Of a DNA stretch of 64,000 bases, positions 44,137 to 54,752 are shown one piece after another. The first letter of the stretch is position 1; every line of letters starts with the position of its first letter. Origin of the DNA: an uncultured Phycisphaerales bacterium (GTDB lineage Bacteria; Planctomycetota; Phycisphaerae; Sedimentisphaerales; Anaerobacaceae); assembly GCA_963772725.1 (NCBI GenBank), contig CAVYYI010000001.1, positions 1 to 64,000 on the forward strand, in the 5' to 3' direction. The translations under genes and the position numbers were made by a program. Below the pieces are notes generated by a model. It saw nothing but the letters and a program-made list of their open reading frames with translations. It ran no database searches and had not been told where the DNA came from.

Positions 44137-44409
44137 ATGCTTACAGTCAAGGATGTAATCGTTAGAAAACCCTCGGATAAGGAAATCGCAACATGCAAAT
44201 CGTGGCCGATATGGAAGTGCGAGGCCAGTACGTTTGACTGGTCGTACACGGAAACTGAAACCTGCCTTATTATCGAGGGCAGAGTAACGGTTAAGGATGA
44301 TAAATATTCGGTGAGCTTTGGTCCCGGCGACCTTGTGATTTTTCCAAAAGATTTGGAATGTACCTGGCAGATACATGAAGCGGTGAAAAAATACTATAAC
44401 TTCAGTTAA
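44137..44409 (+). CDS. Cupin (DUF861-like)
   Basis: WPIWKCEASTFDWSY..ETCLIIEG...GDLVIFPK..CTW. Confidence 0.88.
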   Translation: MLTVKDVIVRKPSDKEIATCKSWPIWKCEASTFDWSYTETETCLIIEGRVTVKDDKYSVSFGPGDLVIFPKDLECTWQIHEAVKKYYNFS

Positions 44410-44440
44410 GAAGGCATAGCGTTATATTCGAAAGCTGGTA

Positions 44441-44875
44441 TCAGTGTTTTTGAGAGCGTGCTTCATTATTCGCGACTCTATTGCCACTACACAATTCTTC
44501 AATGTCCCTTGCCACAATTTCGGTAATCATTCTGTCTTGCTCTGATATTGCTGCTGCTGGTTTGACAGGACGGATGCGATTTGCCTGGTCTTTAGGTTTT
44601 TCATTTGCCAGTTCGGTAATTTGGCCGGGAGCTTTTCTTTTCATTGTGGTAATTTTCCGCTGTTCTGCCATTATTTCTTCGGCGAGGTCGAATTTTGGAA
44701 TGTCGGCGGGCGGAAATTCGGGCGGCTTAGGGGCGTTAGGGTTATTCACAGTCTTTATCGGTATCGGGGCAGGTTTTATTTTCGATAGCGGTGGTATGTT
44801 AGCTTTACTAAGCATATCCGCCTTACTTTGCAGGATATTATCAACATCTTTTTTACTAATATCACCCATATTCAT
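44441..44875 (-). CDS. Hypothetical Pro-rich protein
   Basis: Co-oriented with the M16 genes; PKFDLAEEIMAEQRK and IVARDIEELC blocks. Confidence 0.55.
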   Translation of the reverse strand: MNMGDISKKDVDNILQSKADMLSKANIPPLSKIKPAPIPIKTVNNPNAPKPPEFPPADIPKFDLAEEIMAEQRKITTMKRKAPGQITELANEKPKDQANRIRPVKPAAAISEQDRMITEIVARDIEELCSGNRVANNEARSQKH

Positions 44876-44957
44876 CACCACCATTATTCCAGCTAATAGA
44901 ATTAGTTTACCCGAATTGCCGGCGAAAATCAAGGACAAACTGCGTTCTGTGTTTATC

Positions 44958-46183
44958 TCAGCGTGATTGGGCTGGGCCTATTGAAAACTGTGTAAACTGA
45001 CCGGGGGTAAACTGTTCTATCAGCGAATGAATATCATCCGCCGTAACAGCCTTAATCGCCTTAATGTCATCTTCCAGCGTTCGATACTGCCCGAGGTACA
45101 TCCAGTTAAAGCCGACATCGACCAGTCTGCCCATCGGCGTTTCGTTTTTAATCACTAAGGCGCTTAGAATTTTATTTTTGGCGGCGGTTATTTCGCTTTT
45201 GCGTACGCCTTTTTGGGCGAGTTTTCGGAAAATGTCTGCGACTATATCGAGTGATTTGGCGACATTTTTGCCGGAACATCTGATGTAGCTGTAAAATAAA
45301 CCTGTGCCGTCCATTCCGCCGTAGTGCATAGTGGCGGTTTCCGCGATGGCCTTATCAACCAGCTCCCAAAAAAATCTTGAACCGACATCATCGCCCACAA
45401 TGGTTGCCAAAAGTGAAGCGGCGAATCGTCTGGGGTCATGGGCAGATACGCAAGGCGACATCAGGCAGATATGCTCGCAGTTAAGGTTGGGTCTTTCGAT
45501 TCGTTCTTTGAATGTGCCGCCGTGATAATCTTCCGCTAACCTTGTTACGGCATGTTTTTGCCAGCCGCCGCAACCGGATTCAGCGAAAGAGCAGATTTGC
45601 TCCCAGTCAAAATTGCCGACGACGGTCATAATCATATTGTTCGGGGCGTAACGTTTTCCAAAGTAGGCGCGCATCTGCTCCGCGGTCATATTGTCTATGG
45701 TTTCATTGCTGCCCAGTACGCTGTAGCCGCAGGGGTGATTTTGGAAGTACAATTTTCTGCATCGGTCTGAAACATCGAAGCTCGGCGAGTCATTGTACAT
45801 CGCGATTTCTTCTTTGATTACATTTTTCTCAATATTGAAGTCGTCCGTTCTAAGCGACGGTCTCATCAGGTCTATCCACAGACCCGTTATCTCGGTCAGA
45901 TATTCGGGCAGAATCGCGGCGTAGAAAACAGTCGCCTCTTCACCTGTAAAGGCGTTAAATTGAGCGCCTGTCCTGTCAAAGGCTTCGTTGACCTGGAAAG
46001 AGTTCAGCTTTTCCGTGCCTTTGAAGACCATGTGTTCGAGAAAATGTGAAACGCCATTTATATCGAGGGTTTCATCGCGAGCACGGTTTTTACGAAAAAG
46101 CCGACTGCCGCGGATTTGGCGGATTTATTTACCTCTCCGATGATGCTCAAACCGTTTGGCAATATTTTCTTTTTAAATTCCAT
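44958..46183 (-). CDS. M16 (pitrilysin) peptidase, catalytic subunit; frameshift near 46085
   Basis: Upstream frame LPNGL..., GVSHFLEHMVFKGT (HxxEH), NAFT, EKNVIKEEI. Confidence 0.9.
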
Positions 46184-46191
46184 ATTTCGTA

Positions 46192-47424
46192 TTATTTCAG
46201 TGTAATTTCCTTCGGGCCGATTGTAACCGCGGTAAAATCTTTGAACCTGTTATTTCTTAAAAAAGTTAAAACCGAATCGACGCTTGTCTGTTCGATTTTT
46301 TCCTTTATTTCGTCGAGGCTGCGAACTCTGCCGAGCATATAATAATCGCCGCCTATGCCGCTGGCGCGGCTGCTGGACGATTCACTTTGCAGGATAAGCG
46401 ATGCTTTCAGGCCGGCTTTGGCCCTGAGGATTTCATCTTCGCTGATTGCCTCGGCGAGGCGATTAAATTCGGCGATTATGACGTCGATGGTTTCCTGTGC
46501 CTTGTCTGGTGTTGTGCCCGCGTAGCAGATGATTCCGGCGGCTTGTTTTAGGCAGTGATATTTGGCTCTTACCGCGTAACACAGTCCGCGTTTTTCTCTT
46601 ACTTCTGTAAATAATCTTGAGCTCATTCCGCCGGAAAGAATTGATACGGCCACTCCAACGTTGTAAAAGTTCTCATCCGCTGGGCCGATGGTTTTGGTCA
46701 TAAGGCCTATATGTACCTGGGCGCCGTCGTTTTGTATATGCGTATATTGGCCGCCCCTGGAACCGATTTTGAGAGCTTCGAGAGGTTTCTGCTGGCCGGT
46801 CTCAAACAGCGATTCTATTTTTTGAGCGACCTTATTAAAATCGTATTTGCCAGCTATTGTGAAAATTACGTGCGAAAAGTTTAAGTTCTCTTCGATAAGC
46901 CGTTTTGTCTTTTCCGCAGTCAGGGTTTTTAATTCCTCGATGCTTCCTATGTCGCTGCGCCCGAGGGGGTCAGGATAAAACTGCTCACGGAGCTTAACCA
47001 TAACTTTTTGCCGCGGATCATCCTCCAAAGCCATGATGCCCTCCGTTGCGAGCAGCTTTGCCGGTTTGAACTCATTATTTTTCAGATGCGGCCTGAGTAT
47101 AATATCGCCATATAAATCCAAAGCTTCGAGCAGGCTGCTCGCCTCCATCACTGCCCCGATGGTTATATGGGCGCTGCTGACATCTGATGCTCGATGAAGA
47201 CCGAGGCCGTCGAGTGCGCCGCAAAGTTTCTTGCTGTTCAGATTGCCTGCGCCTCTGAATATCCAGTCGGCAATAACATTTGCCGCTCCGCAGCAGCCTT
47301 GCGGGAGCATAGCTGCGCCGACAGGTAGCATGAACTCAAACGCCGCCGACTCAACCGAGTCCATCGGTTCACCTAAAATAACCATTCCATTTTTGAGAAT
47401 ATGCTTATCGAGTCTTTCCGTCAT
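46192..47424 (-). CDS. M16 peptidase, non-catalytic partner subunit
   Basis: LKNGM, GGMSSRLFTEVREKRGLCY; HxxEH absent. Confidence 0.88.
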   Translation of the reverse strand: MTERLDKHILKNGMVILGEPMDSVESAAFEFMLPVGAAMLPQGCCGAANVIADWIFRGAGNLNSKKLCGALDGLGLHRASDVSSAHITIGAVMEASSLLEALDLYGDIILRPHLKNNEFKPAKLLATEGIMALEDDPRQKVMVKLREQFYPDPLGRSDIGSIEELKTLTAEKTKRLIEENLNFSHVIFTIAGKYDFNKVAQKIESLFETGQQKPLEALKIGSRGGQYTHIQNDGAQVHIGLMTKTIGPADENFYNVGVAVSILSGGMSSRLFTEVREKRGLCYAVRAKYHCLKQAAGIICYAGTTPDKAQETIDVIIAEFNRLAEAISEDEILRAKAGLKASLILQSESSSSRASGIGGDYYMLGRVRSLDEIKEKIEQTSVDSVLTFLRNNRFKDFTAVTIGPKEITLK

Positions 47425-47533
47425 TTTGCTTTCTCAGTATATCAACAATTAATAATTCGGTGCATACTATCATTTTTTGATTTTTCTGTATAGACCAAAT
47501 TTGTTAATATAGATTATTTAATCAGGATTGCTT

Positions 47534-48274
47534 ATGAATTTACCAAGGTTTTATTGCGGTTCGCTGAAAAGTTCCGTAGTTGAGCTTTCAACATCGGAAA
47601 GTCACCATCTTTTTAATGTCTGCCGGCTCGGTAAGGGTGATAAGGTTGAACTTTTCGACGGCAGCGGCTCTTTGGCGGTTGCGGTCATAACCGCCACTAA
47701 TAAACGGAGGGTCTCGCTGCAAATAGAAAACGTGCAGACTGTATCATCGCCGGCTGCTGTTAAAGTGATTATAGCGGTCAGCATCGCCAAAGGCGAGCGG
47801 TTCGACTGGCTCATCGGGAAATGTACGGAGTTCGGCGTCGATAGAATTTGCCCTGTGATATTTGAACGTACCGTCAAATTATCTCAAAATCCCCATATAA
47901 CTGACCGCTGGCAGAACCTCGCTATAACGGCGGCTAAGCAGTGCAGGCGGGTATTTTTGCCGGGCATTGATAAACCGAAGCCGCTTGTAACCACTCTTAA
48001 TGAATTTAAAAAAGATTATTCCAATTCGCTGATTTATCTCGGCGAGCCATCGCCCGGTTCGCCGCCGCTGATAAGCGCTTTATCTGACCTCAAAGACTTG
48101 ATAGCGTTTGTCGGCCCGGAAGGGGGGCTAAGCGAAAATGAAATAGCCCTCTTGCGGGATAACGGTGTTAAATTTGTGCGGCTGACAAATACCGTGCTTC
48201 GCGTTGAAACAGCGGCATTGGCTTTCGCCGCTATTCTTACTGCCCGGCGAGACGCGGCATTGCAGGGTGGATGA
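47534..48274 (+). CDS. rsmE: 16S rRNA m3U1498 methyltransferase
   Basis: HHLFNVCRL, KCTEFGV, AAKQCRR, VGPEGG, LRVETA. Confidence 0.93.
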   Translation: MNLPRFYCGSLKSSVVELSTSESHHLFNVCRLGKGDKVELFDGSGSLAVAVITATNKRRVSLQIENVQTVSSPAAVKVIIAVSIAKGERFDWLIGKCTEFGVDRICPVIFERTVKLSQNPHITDRWQNLAITAAKQCRRVFLPGIDKPKPLVTTLNEFKKDYSNSLIYLGEPSPGSPPLISALSDLKDLIAFVGPEGGLSENEIALLRDNGVKFVRLTNTVLRVETAALAFAAILTARRDAALQGG

Positions 48275-48279
48275 AATTC

Positions 48280-49674
48280 TTAAAGCAGGCCTAACTGCTC
48301 TGCTTCGTCGTACAGGCCGTACCGCTTCATCTTTTTGAACAGTGTCGTGCGGTTTATTTTCAGTGCTTTCGCTGTTTCCTGCCTGTTCCAGTGGTTGACT
48401 TCAAGCGCCTGACGAATGATATTTTTCTCCGGTTCGGCTATAGCGTCTTTCAGACCGGCCGGTTTGTAAGTTTTGGGCGTCTGGTTCTGACCTTGTTTAA
48501 TCGCGTTGGGTAAATCTTCCGGCCTTATATATTTGTCTTTGCTTAAGAGAACCGCACGCTCAATTACGTTCTCAAGCTCCCGGACATTGCCTGGCCAGGA
48601 GTAATATTCGAGATACTGCATCGCCTCATCGGTAATGCCTGCCTTTTCCCTTTGGTGGCGTGTGCTGTAAATTTTCAGGAAACGGTTCGCCAGCAGCGGA
48701 ATATCACCCACCCGCTCGGACAACGGCGGCAGATTTACCGTTACCACATTTATCCGGTAGTACAAATCCTCCCGGAATCTGCCCTGTTTTACCTCTTCCG
48801 CGAGGTCACGGTTCGACGCCAGCAAAACCCGCGTGTCAACAGTGATGGTTTTATTGCTACCGACGGGCTCGAATTGTCTCTCCTGCAGGACTCGCAGAAG
48901 TTTTATCTGCAAAGCAGGCGAGGCGTTGCCAATCTCGTCGAGAAAAATCGTTCCGGTATTTGCGGCGAGGAACTTTCCTTCCTTGTTGCCTATCGCGCCT
49001 GTAAATGAGCCTTTAACATGGCCGAACAATTCGCTTTCGAGCAGCGTTTCCGGCATGGCACCGCAGCTTACCTCCACAAAAGGCTTGTTTCGCCGGCTTG
49101 AACGGTGATGTATCGCTCGCGCGAGCATACTTTTTCCGGTGCCTGAAGAACCCGTCATCAATACCGTTATCCCCGTATCCGCCACCGCCTCAATCAGGTC
49201 GAATATTTTCGCCATTTTATAATTGTGGCTGATGATATTTTCCAGGCTGTACTTTTGCTCAAGCTGAAGACGCAGGCTTTCGTTTTCACTCATAAGCGAC
49301 TGCTGTTTAACAGCCCTCTCCAAAACCATCCTCAGCTCATCATCCACAAGCGGCTTAGTCAGGTAATCGTACGCGCCTTTTTTAATCGCCTTAACCGCGC
49401 CTTCGATTGTTCCGTTGCCGGTAATCATTAGCACCACCGCCTGCGGATAATCTTTTTTGATAAGCTCTAATAATTCAAAGCCGTTGCCGTCCGGCAGATT
49501 CGCGTCTGTTATAACCACCGAGTAATTTTGACGCTGTAATTCCATCGCCGCGTCTTTGAATTTTTCAACCCCAGTTGACTGGAACCCCTCCTGTGCCAAA
49601 AAATCGCATAAAGAGTCACGTATGATTTTATCATCATCAACAACAAGAATATTGTTCTCTTTTGTATTCAGCAT
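48280..49674 (-). CDS. Sigma-54-dependent response regulator (NtrC family)
   Basis: Receiver ILVVDDD, GSSGTGKS, ELFGHVKGSFTGA, FREDLYYR, WPGNVREL, Fis-type HTH. Confidence 0.95.
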   Translation of the reverse strand: MLNTKENNILVVDDDKIIRDSLCDFLAQEGFQSTGVEKFKDAAMELQRQNYSVVITDANLPDGNGFELLELIKKDYPQAVVLMITGNGTIEGAVKAIKKGAYDYLTKPLVDDELRMVLERAVKQQSLMSENESLRLQLEQKYSLENIISHNYKMAKIFDLIEAVADTGITVLMTGSSGTGKSMLARAIHHRSSRRNKPFVEVSCGAMPETLLESELFGHVKGSFTGAIGNKEGKFLAANTGTIFLDEIGNASPALQIKLLRVLQERQFEPVGSNKTITVDTRVLLASNRDLAEEVKQGRFREDLYYRINVVTVNLPPLSERVGDIPLLANRFLKIYSTRHQREKAGITDEAMQYLEYYSWPGNVRELENVIERAVLLSKDKYIRPEDLPNAIKQGQNQTPKTYKPAGLKDAIAEPEKNIIRQALEVNHWNRQETAKALKINRTTLFKKMKRYGLYDEAEQLGLL

Positions 49675-49810
49675 ACGCGAAATTATAACACTTGCATGCA
49701 TTCTGTCAAAGAAAATGTTGCAAAAAAGCAACATCCGCGTTGTTTTTTTAGAAAAAAGGTTCCTGACACCTTTTCTTAAAAAAACAGTGTAAATCTGTGT
49801 TAATCCGTGT

Positions 49811-50689
49811 CTAATTTTCCGGCCAGGTGCCTTGGAAAACCTCAACCGCTGCCCCGGCCATATAGATATGATTATCCTGCTGGCTCCAGTTTAATTCGAG
49901 GTCGCCGCCGGGCAAATGGGCGGTGCAAATTCGCGAGGCTTGCCCTGTTAAAACCGCCGCCGCGATAGATGCGCATGCCCCTGTCCCGCAGGCAAGAGTA
50001 ATACCGCTGCCGCGTTCCCACGTCCGCATCCGCAGTTCATTTTCAGCAAGTACCTGAACAAAATGGACATTAGTCCGCTTTGGAAAGAGTTTGTGATTCT
50101 CAATAATCGGGCCGATTTTTTCCAGTTCCACCTTACTGACATCATCGCAGAAAAACACCGCGTGGGGATTACCCATCGATACGCACGTCATCAGCAGTTT
50201 TTGCCCTGCTATTTCGATTGGCTCATTTATCACCTTTTCGCCGGGCAGATTCACTGGTATATCTTTAGGCCTTAAAAGCGGCTGGCCCATATTAACGCAA
50301 ACCTTCCGCACTTTGCCGTCGCCGCCGACATCCAGTCCGACAGTCAAAACGCCGCGTCCGGTCTCTATATTCAGAGACGCCGGGTAGGGGGCCTGTTCCG
50401 TAACGGAAAATACCCCTCTCGACTTAGCCAGCTTATGCTCATAAGCGTACTTTGCGACACAGCGGATGCCGTTGCCGCACATTTCCGCTTCCGAACCGTC
50501 CGCGTTGAACATCCGCATCCGCACATCTGCCTTCTCTGATGGGCAGATAAGTATCAGGCCGTCCGAACCGATACCGGTATGCCGGTCGCTGACCTTTACC
50601 GCCAGCTTAGCCGGATTACTGACCTTTTCTTCAAAGCAATTGACATAAACATAGTCATTGCCTATCCCATGCATCTTTGTAAATCTCAT
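49811..50689 (-). CDS. dapF: Diaminopimelate epimerase
   Basis: FTKMHGIGND, EMCGNGIRC, SMGNPH, WERGSGITLACGTG. Confidence 0.96.
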   Translation of the reverse strand: MRFTKMHGIGNDYVYVNCFEEKVSNPAKLAVKVSDRHTGIGSDGLILICPSEKADVRMRMFNADGSEAEMCGNGIRCVAKYAYEHKLAKSRGVFSVTEQAPYPASLNIETGRGVLTVGLDVGGDGKVRKVCVNMGQPLLRPKDIPVNLPGEKVINEPIEIAGQKLLMTCVSMGNPHAVFFCDDVSKVELEKIGPIIENHKLFPKRTNVHFVQVLAENELRMRTWERGSGITLACGTGACASIAAAVLTGQASRICTAHLPGGDLELNWSQQDNHIYMAGAAVEVFQGTWPEN

Positions 50690-51081
50690 CCCCCCATAAT
50701 ACCTTATTCCCACTAATAAATCAACTCAGCAACTTTTGGTGAATGGGATAGGCAGGAAACATCGTATCCCAAGCCGCCGGTCTTTCATCCTTGACGAGAT
50801 TACTTTAATTGGCGAAAACAACAAAAAGGTATGGCGGCCATTACGGCCTCAGCGAAATATAGTTCTTTAGCAAATGGTGTTTAGTTAGTCACATATCTTA
50901 TGCGATACTGCTGCAGACTCATACCTTTTTCTTTACTGAAAAACCGGGAAATATGGTCAACATGTCCGGCGTCAATTATAATTTCCCTTCAACGACAGTT
51001 ATTTTTACCGTTACTTCATAACACTTACCTTAGCTTATAGCCTTTAGGAGGTGCCCCCCATGGGGGGCAAAATTTCGGACA

Positions 51082-51846
51082 TTACGTGTCCTTATTTTTC
51101 CGTCTCTGAGCTTCCTCAGCTCGGTAGCTCGGTACATTCAATTCAAGGATCACACTATGATGTACCAGCCGGTCAATCGCTGCTGCAGTGGTCATCGGAT
51201 CCTTAAAGATGACTTCCCATTTACTGAACGGCAGATTGCTGGTAATCAACACGCTGCCACGTTCATAACAATGAGCTAATAAGGTAAACAGCACCTCCAT
51301 CTCCTCGCGGTTCTGTTTGACATAGCCGAAGTCATCTATCATCAATGCCTCGTACTGTGACAGCTTCTTGAGCCATTTGTCCAGCTTCAACTCCTGCTTG
51401 GCTCGTAATAACTCCTGCAACATCATATCACACGTAGTAAAGTAAACCTTTTTTCCCTGCCGGGCAAGTTCATGACAGATACCACACAGTAAATGTGTCT
51501 TACCGCTGCCGGGTTTGCCAAATGCAAGAATATTCTCTGTTCTGTCAACAAATGAACCTTCCAAAAGAATTTTGACCTGCTGACGTATCTTCAACGGCAT
51601 ACGTTTAAAATCAAAGTTTGCCATGGTCTTTTCCATAGGAAGCTTTGAGGCTTTTACCAGCCTTGCGATTTTATTGGCTCTGCGAACATCACACTCACGC
51701 TGAGCCAATTCCAATAGATATTGTGAATAACCCATATCTTCGGCGATAGCCTTCTGAGCGAACTCGGCGTAATATTCACGGAACATCGGCAGGTGAAGTT
51801 CTTTGAGAAGGTTTACAAGCTGATTATCCAGATCATTTTTACTCAT
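51082..51846 (-). CDS. istB: IS21 helper ATPase
   Basis: GKPGSGKTHL, LMIDDFGY, ITSNLPFSKW, AAIDRLVHHS. Confidence 0.96.
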   Translation of the reverse strand: MSKNDLDNQLVNLLKELHLPMFREYYAEFAQKAIAEDMGYSQYLLELAQRECDVRRANKIARLVKASKLPMEKTMANFDFKRMPLKIRQQVKILLEGSFVDRTENILAFGKPGSGKTHLLCGICHELARQGKKVYFTTCDMMLQELLRAKQELKLDKWLKKLSQYEALMIDDFGYVKQNREEMEVLFTLLAHCYERGSVLITSNLPFSKWEVIFKDPMTTAAAIDRLVHHSVILELNVPSYRAEEAQRRKNKDT

Positions 51847-53330
51847 ACCAGTAGTGCCTCCGCCGATTCAAGTAGACAGTCATAACTGTTCAGATCAATA
51901 TCGCCAACACAAACGTCAGTGACATCCGGCGGCTGTTGTTCGGATTTGACTATTTGTTCTACCATATCAAAATCAATCGCATCTGCATGGTTGATCAGGA
52001 ACCGCAAAGCTTCATTGACAGATGTCTGGCTTTCGTTGGCAGCTAATTCAAGAATTTTCAGATACTGCTTATTACCCTGCTTCATCCCATGTTGATCACG
52101 CAGGAGATCATATGCGATCCTGAACTGACTTGTGGGAAACATATCATCTTTATAGCAATAGTTCTCAAACGCCCCGGGTTTGCGAACAAGGGTATCTATA
52201 ACGTGGCGGTAATTGATGTAATGACCGTTTTCACCGTGTAATCTGGGCAATACTTCAATTCTTCTTTGAGCATACCAGACTTCGATATGTTCGGCATATA
52301 TTCGAACGTCAACATTTTCTCCCCTAAGCCTGCTGTGAACAGAATAGCTGTTCTTAAGAACTCGGACCGTGCAGCCACGACTTACCCTGCATTTATCCCT
52401 GGTGAAATCTTCATGCCTGCGGGTTGGCAATTGCCGCAGAACCTTTAACTCTTCGGCCAAGAGTTTTGTGCGGCCGGTATTGAGTTGGTTGAGCAGCTTT
52501 TCAAGAAACATTTCATAATCTTTCCTGCTGTTAAAATCTCTGCTTCCTCTAAGGATTAACGCCTGTTCAACAGCTCTCTTTAACCTGTGATGACGCTGCT
52601 CTATATCGCCGTTTTCATTCGGACAGTGAGGCTGGATTTTACAGCTTTGGAAACCATAATGATTCGCAAGACCCTGATAGTTAGCCGTGAATTCCTCAGG
52701 ATTGCCTACCTTGTTAACCGCACAGGTTAAATTATCAGTCCTATGATAGCGTGGTATGCCGCCTAACTTCCAGAGGGCATTTTGAATACCGGCACTTAAA
52801 CTTTCATAGCTTTCTGAAAAACATACCGTGACGGTTTCCCAGTTCGACAAACACAATACAAAATGGTACAGCATGTGAATAAAAGGTATGCCGCAAATGG
52901 TGATACCCAGCTTATTCATCCTGGTAAAGTCTGATTCGCACCATTGGCCGGGTTTATAGATTTGTGGAAAAAACACTTCCTGAGCCGGACCGGACAAGGC
53001 TTTCCATTGTTTTACTCGTCTCTGGAAGGTTCTTAATTCGCTGTCCTGGTATTTACCGGGATATTCACGCTGCAGAGCCTCAAAAAGCGATTTAGATTCA
53101 AGACCGGAGTTGTTTTTGAGGAATTCTTCAACCCATGGCCAATCCCCTGCAAAGGCATCCGGATGGGTGGGCCAGTCGTGGATAGCTTGGCATTGGCTGG
53201 GCAGCACGCCCGTTTTTAAATACTTGCGGGCGGTTTTAGTGCTTATACCAGCCTTGTCTGCAAGCTGATATAAGGTCTTGCATTTGTTTTTCATAGCGAA
53301 CAATCTCCTTACCTGTTTGTCTTTAACCAT
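51843..53330 (-). CDS. istA: IS21 transposase
   Basis: LRTFQRRV, ESDFT, HRTDNL, NENGDIEQ, YSVHSRL. Confidence 0.95.
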   Translation of the reverse strand: MVKDKQVRRLFAMKNKCKTLYQLADKAGISTKTARKYLKTGVLPSQCQAIHDWPTHPDAFAGDWPWVEEFLKNNSGLESKSLFEALQREYPGKYQDSELRTFQRRVKQWKALSGPAQEVFFPQIYKPGQWCESDFTRMNKLGITICGIPFIHMLYHFVLCLSNWETVTVCFSESYESLSAGIQNALWKLGGIPRYHRTDNLTCAVNKVGNPEEFTANYQGLANHYGFQSCKIQPHCPNENGDIEQRHHRLKRAVEQALILRGSRDFNSRKDYEMFLEKLLNQLNTGRTKLLAEELKVLRQLPTRRHEDFTRDKCRVSRGCTVRVLKNSYSVHSRLRGENVDVRIYAEHIEVWYAQRRIEVLPRLHGENGHYINYRHVIDTLVRKPGAFENYCYKDDMFPTSQFRIAYDLLRDQHGMKQGNKQYLKILELAANESQTSVNEALRFLINHADAIDFDMVEQIVKSEQQPPDVTDVCVGDIDLNSYDCLLESAEALLV

Positions 53331-54689
53331 CTGAAATCTCCTGACTTAATGAGTTTCAGATAGCATATTCCAACTTTAATTCATCCGGAACTTTTAACTG
53401 TCGCCGGAAGGTAAGAATAATTGTCGCTGATCAGTCAACACTTGTAAAACCCATCGAAACAGCGATGGTTTTAATAGGCCTATTAGTTTCCATCAGCATT
53501 CTACAGATTATTTCTAAACGCACCCGCCGTATTTCATGCAGGATTGATCGGGAAAGTACTTTTCTGAATCGACTTTCAAGTACACGACGTGAGAGTGTCG
53601 TAGCGGCTACAACGTCCTGTACCCCGATAGGGTCTTTTGCTTTTTCGCGAATAAAGCTCAGAGCCAAGGCTATATCATGATCATCTACTGCCAGTATATC
53701 TGTAGATTGCCTCACTTCAACATGCAGCGGCGAGACAATGAGTTTCTGACCGCACATCTTCTCTTGGCCCTTTATAAGCTTATAAAGCAGTTCTGCAACA
53801 TCATAGCCGACTTTAACGGTGTTCATTACTACACTGGAGAGAGTAGGATTTGAAAGATTGCATATCAGATTGTCGTTATCGACCCCAAGAATCGCGACTT
53901 CCTCGGGTATTTTGATATCCGCAAGTTTAGCTGCCTCAATGAGGTCTTCGGCCCGGTCATCGCAACAGGCCATTATGGCTATATGCTTAGGAAGTCGTGT
54001 CATCCAATCTGCAATAGCGGCAATCTCGTCCCCCCATCCATGCCGTCCGTGAGGCTCCTGATAATAATTAGCTTCAAATCCTTTTTCTTTGGCGTAATCA
54101 CAAAAACATTGACGTCTTTTCTGCGACCAGGAAACCTCGGGAAATCCGCAATAGGCAAGTCTTTTAAATCCCTGGCTTAAAAAATAGTCAATAGCCACTT
54201 GTACAATAGCCTCATGGTCCGAAGTAATCCTTGGAAAATAGTCCCCTTTAAATCGCCCCTTCGGCACAAGTGAAGTGGCAAAAATAGCAGGGATATTTTT
54301 CTTTTGAATAATAGGCATTTCCTCGATATTTCGTGTTATAATACCTACTATATCGCTTGGTATTTTTACGATTTGTTTGGTTTGATATTGTCCGCGTCTG
54401 AAAAAGGGAGGTTTGCGTGTTGCATACCAAGGGTTATGAATTCGGGTAAAGTCGGATATTCCCGTAAGCACGTCCCGCCCAAAACCTCGTGAAGTTTCTA
54501 TCGACAACATTATTTTCGGTAAATCAAACATTTTGACACATCCGTTTAAAAACCATATCAAACAAACTCATGTTTTCGAAATCGAGCTTACCTAATGCAA
54601 AGATTCTATCGTAATTCTTCTTAAAAATCATCACAAAACCTTAGTCCTTATCCAAAGTAAAGTTAATAATGGCATTGCGGAAAAGATAT

Positions 54690-54752
54690 TCGCAAAATGG
54701 CGGCATAAACTCGCAAAATGGCGTTTACATAATCTGATAACATCGTTATAAA
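54690..54752 (+). promoter_or_regulatory. Sigma-70 promoter with tandem activator sites (module 1)
   Basis: TCGCAAAATGGCG at 54690 and 54711 (21-bp period) abutting TTTACA-N17-TATAAA. Confidence 0.72.

Larger units (their letters stand above)
50963..53433 (-). mobile_element. IS21-family element
   Basis: TG...CA ends; imperfect TIRs TGTCCGGCGTCAATTAT / TGATCAGCGACAATTAT; 7-bp TSD GTCAACA at 50956-50962 and 53434-53440. Confidence 0.95.
50881..54531 (-). pseudogene. XylR-type (LacI sensor + AraC HTH) regulator, copy 1, disrupted by IS21
   Basis: Body 53434-54531 ends GFTSVD. The tail HISRFFSKEKGMSLQQYRIRYVTN* lies at 50955-50881, beyond the IS. Confidence 0.9.

Noticed and set aside
50823..50931. 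11-bp inverted repeat aaaaaggtatg/cataccttttt as a riboswitch
   Set aside because: The right arm is the coding tail of the disrupted XylR, and no known aptamer consensus is visible.
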